Of a stretch of DNA of 64,000 nt, positions 61,431 to 64,000 are shown piece by piece (within the stretch, counting starts at the first letter, position 1; every line of letters starts with the position of its first letter). The DNA lies in the NCBI RefSeq assembly GCF_963676685.1, contig NC_092351.1, forward strand, positions 42,594,001-42,658,000. Direction: 5' to 3'. A model generated the notes under the pieces. That model did not search any database. It saw nothing but the letters and a program-made list of their open reading frames with translations, and was not told where the DNA came from. Made by a program: the position numbers and the translations under genes. This DNA comes from Mytilus edulis (lineage: Eukaryota).

Positions 61431-62171
61431 TTCTCATAACGTCACTATTATAATACGAATTCATGTTGACAGACGGGCGGCCGTGAAAAGTATAAAGTAG
61501 ACATATAATAATAAATGTAATATATAAAACAACCAATAGAAATAATGTAACAAATACAAAACAGAATACACCTATAGTAGATGGAAAGGGAGCACACAAT
61601 TGCATAGTCCAAGGGCGTAAAGGCAGTCATTTCAGGAGGGATTTTCAATTTTCGAAGAACGTTTAACAAATCAAAATAAAGTAACCCACATCTACAAGGT
61701 TATCTTGACTTTTCTTAATGTCATCAAGCAAATTGAGCACGACATTCCTTGAATCTTTCTCCTGTGTAACTAAGTGAGGCGGTTAAGTTTAACCTCATTT
61801 TCCCTGGTTGGCTTTGGAGGCACTCATTTCACATTTAAAAAATATACAGTTGTCCATATACATTTCAAAGATGTTCATTTCGTTTATATTCATATTAATA
61901 TACTTATTCATCTTTCTTTGCACATCGTCAGTCGTTGAATATGTCCTTGTTCTGTAATAAACCCTTGCTAATGATAATTTATTTTCAAGACTGCACGGCT
62001 TGCCGTTTGTTTATTTTTTTAACAAATGTTTAACGTGATATTTACGTATTTTCAGTTGAACTCAACTTTTGAGTTTTCCAAAATAAACTCTCAAAAGATG
62101 GAATCTAATTTCGAATTTTTTATGGTGTTTTTCGGGGTAAAACTTCAAAACGTTGCATTTGAAGTTATATA

Positions 62172-62510
62172 CACTGATGGTAAGCGGATGGTCGTAAGTT
62201 ACAGTTGTGACCATCCGAAAATGGGAGAAAACTTTGGAGGTAAATTTTCCTTTCCTATTGTTTAGCAGTAAAAGGTTCATTTGAGCCAAACTGCTTGTAT
62301 CATACACACTAATCGTGAGCGAGTTCACTAAAATAAAGTTTGATACATAAAATCATTAGCATTTTTGTGAAATAGTCATTCAAAAATTCGAGCATGATGG
62401 TCGTAACTTGCATGTGTGATGGTCGTAACTTCATTGATAATGTTTTGGATGATGATCGTAACTAACACAGGATGGTCGTGACTTTTAAAAGATGATCATA
62501 ACTCGAGAAT
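62172..62510 (+). mobile_element. Left end of a CAC-terminated transposon related to the 24769-27929 element
   Basis: cactgatggtaagcggatggtcgtaa...gaccatcc parallels cactggggtaaagctgatgaccgtaa...ggtcatcc; gatggtcgtaac repeats at 62396-62503. Confidence 0.7.
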
Positions 62511-63149
62511 TGAGACCAGCTTTTATATAAAGTAAAGAGTACTGTGCATGTAACCATGTTAATAAACTCAGATGTTATATAAGGTTTACTGAAAACAATA
62601 TTAATAATTGGTTACTTTAATTATAGTATGCATAAATTAAGTATAAAGTTGTGATGTATCTATTAAAAAACGTTAGGGCCAATAACTAGTCATACTAGTT
62701 CATTTCTTGCGGATTAATTATCAAGGAATTATAAACTTTGGCGTAATTTTGTCGAAGTAGTGGTAATTTGAAGACATTCTGTAAAATAGATTGACCTAAT
62801 AACTAATTTTTTTTACAATTAGATGTTGAAGATAATCCTTAAAATAAGAGAACAATATGTACATATATTTATATATTTACTTTCAGAGGCATTTATGTGC
62901 TCCGATTTGGTATGTTCCTATATGTCTGATAAACCATCTTACATCTTAGACCGTAGTTCACAGAAGCACAACAAATCTGACAATTTAAAGATACGTGGAA
63001 TTTATTTTAAACGACACAGATGGGGATAGATCTTACCAATCCCTGCAATTCAATATCTCCCTGGATATTGGCGGATATAAGCAGACCGGACATACATGTT
63101 ACATTGACGTCCACGAAAAAACGCATTACATTTAAAAAATCTCCAAATG

Positions 63150-64000
63150 CCAAGATAAACAATGATGAAAAGGTCAACCAAACTGGTGTTGACCATTTAT
63201 ACCAGCTTATCCCAGGCGCGATTTGAAAAAAACGAAGGATATGGACCGCATTAGTGATTTCATAGCTATATAAGAATGTATTGAGAATGGAGTACTAATA
63301 CGAAATATACATGATATAGCCTTTCATCTACCTGTAGATATTGGGAAGTTTTATACCACGAAAACAATATCGCATATGAGATATGACGAAAAATCTTTAA
63401 CATTCTGGTGTACGGTGTACAAACATTTCAATAAAAAGGGGATAAACTTTTTCCGTGGATACAAAGCAGACAGTTTAGTTGACCAAAAAGGTTCCATTGG
63501 CCCCAAAAACTGACATCAACTTTGCTTTGCCTTCAAATACTACCATAACAAAAGAAGTTGATAGATTTACAGCTGATGCTGGACATCCTGGAATATTAAA
63601 TTTATCCCTCGAAGCATTCGCTGCTAAAAAGCTAGGAAAGGATATTAAACTTTCAATAGATGGGGGAAAAAATTGCTATTGGGTTTGGAAACATGGGAGA
63701 TGAAGATCTAGCCGCAGACAAGCCTTCACCGACGTGAGCAGAAAGCAAAACGCATCTATCAGATGAGGTCTTAGTGGTGTCAACAATGAAAGACGTTGTA
63801 GAAACTAGTGTGATAAATGGCTTCAATAAAATGACCGACCTTTCAGATACCAACTTATCAAATGCAAAACAAGCATTCTTAGTAACAATTCTTATTATGA
63901 GCATTCGTATTTAACAACTATTTCTCTTGGATCGCAAAGTTATTATAAATGAATTCGAACGCTTACTGGGGTGAATTGGACGATTCACAGGATAACGCGC
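63150..64000 (+). pseudogene. Decayed putative DNA transposase (P-element-like motif order), runs off the window
   Basis: LYQLIPGAI...IAFHL..DIG.FY...SLTFWCTVYKHF..KGINFFRGYK...DINFALPSNTT...HPGILNL...IKLSIDG/KIAIGFGNMGDEDL. Confidence 0.55.

Overview
AT-rich eukaryotic genomic DNA with no intact host gene. The repeat families look like those I recall from mytilid mussel (Mytilus-type bivalve) genomes; the organism is an inference. The window is a dense transposon graveyard. (1) Three paralogous composite blocks (about 6.8-16.6, 43.2-49.6 and 50.2-57.8 kb), followed by a tandem gag-like array (58.7-61.8 kb), consist of short decayed coding fragments from unrelated mobile elements: His-Me finger nuclease, SGNH hydrolase, CCHC gag, Crypton tyrosine recombinase, L1/Tx1 RT and CR1/L2 endonuclease. 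All of them lie on the minus strand, a pattern expected of a uni-strand piRNA cluster. (2) A Naiad-type Penelope-like retroelement (N-terminal GIY-YIG, CxC linker, RT; 17.4-19.9 kb) has in-frame TGA codons at conserved Cys positions, which points to a selenocysteine-encoding retroelement. (3) Four minimal type I hammerhead ribozymes from two repeat families lie on the minus strand. (4) Two nested CAC...GTG DNA transposons have 5-bp and 6-bp target-site duplications (24.6-31.6 kb), and a related left end lies upstream of a P-like transposase remnant (62.2-64 kb). (5) The window also holds a Kolobok-type transposase plus YqaJ remnant with nested insertions, hAT and DIRS remnants, Helentron-associated tandem-repeat elements, structured Deu/Nin-type SINEs and MITEs. 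Protein families were assigned by motif recognition in hand translations, not by database search, and coordinates of decayed fragments are approximate.
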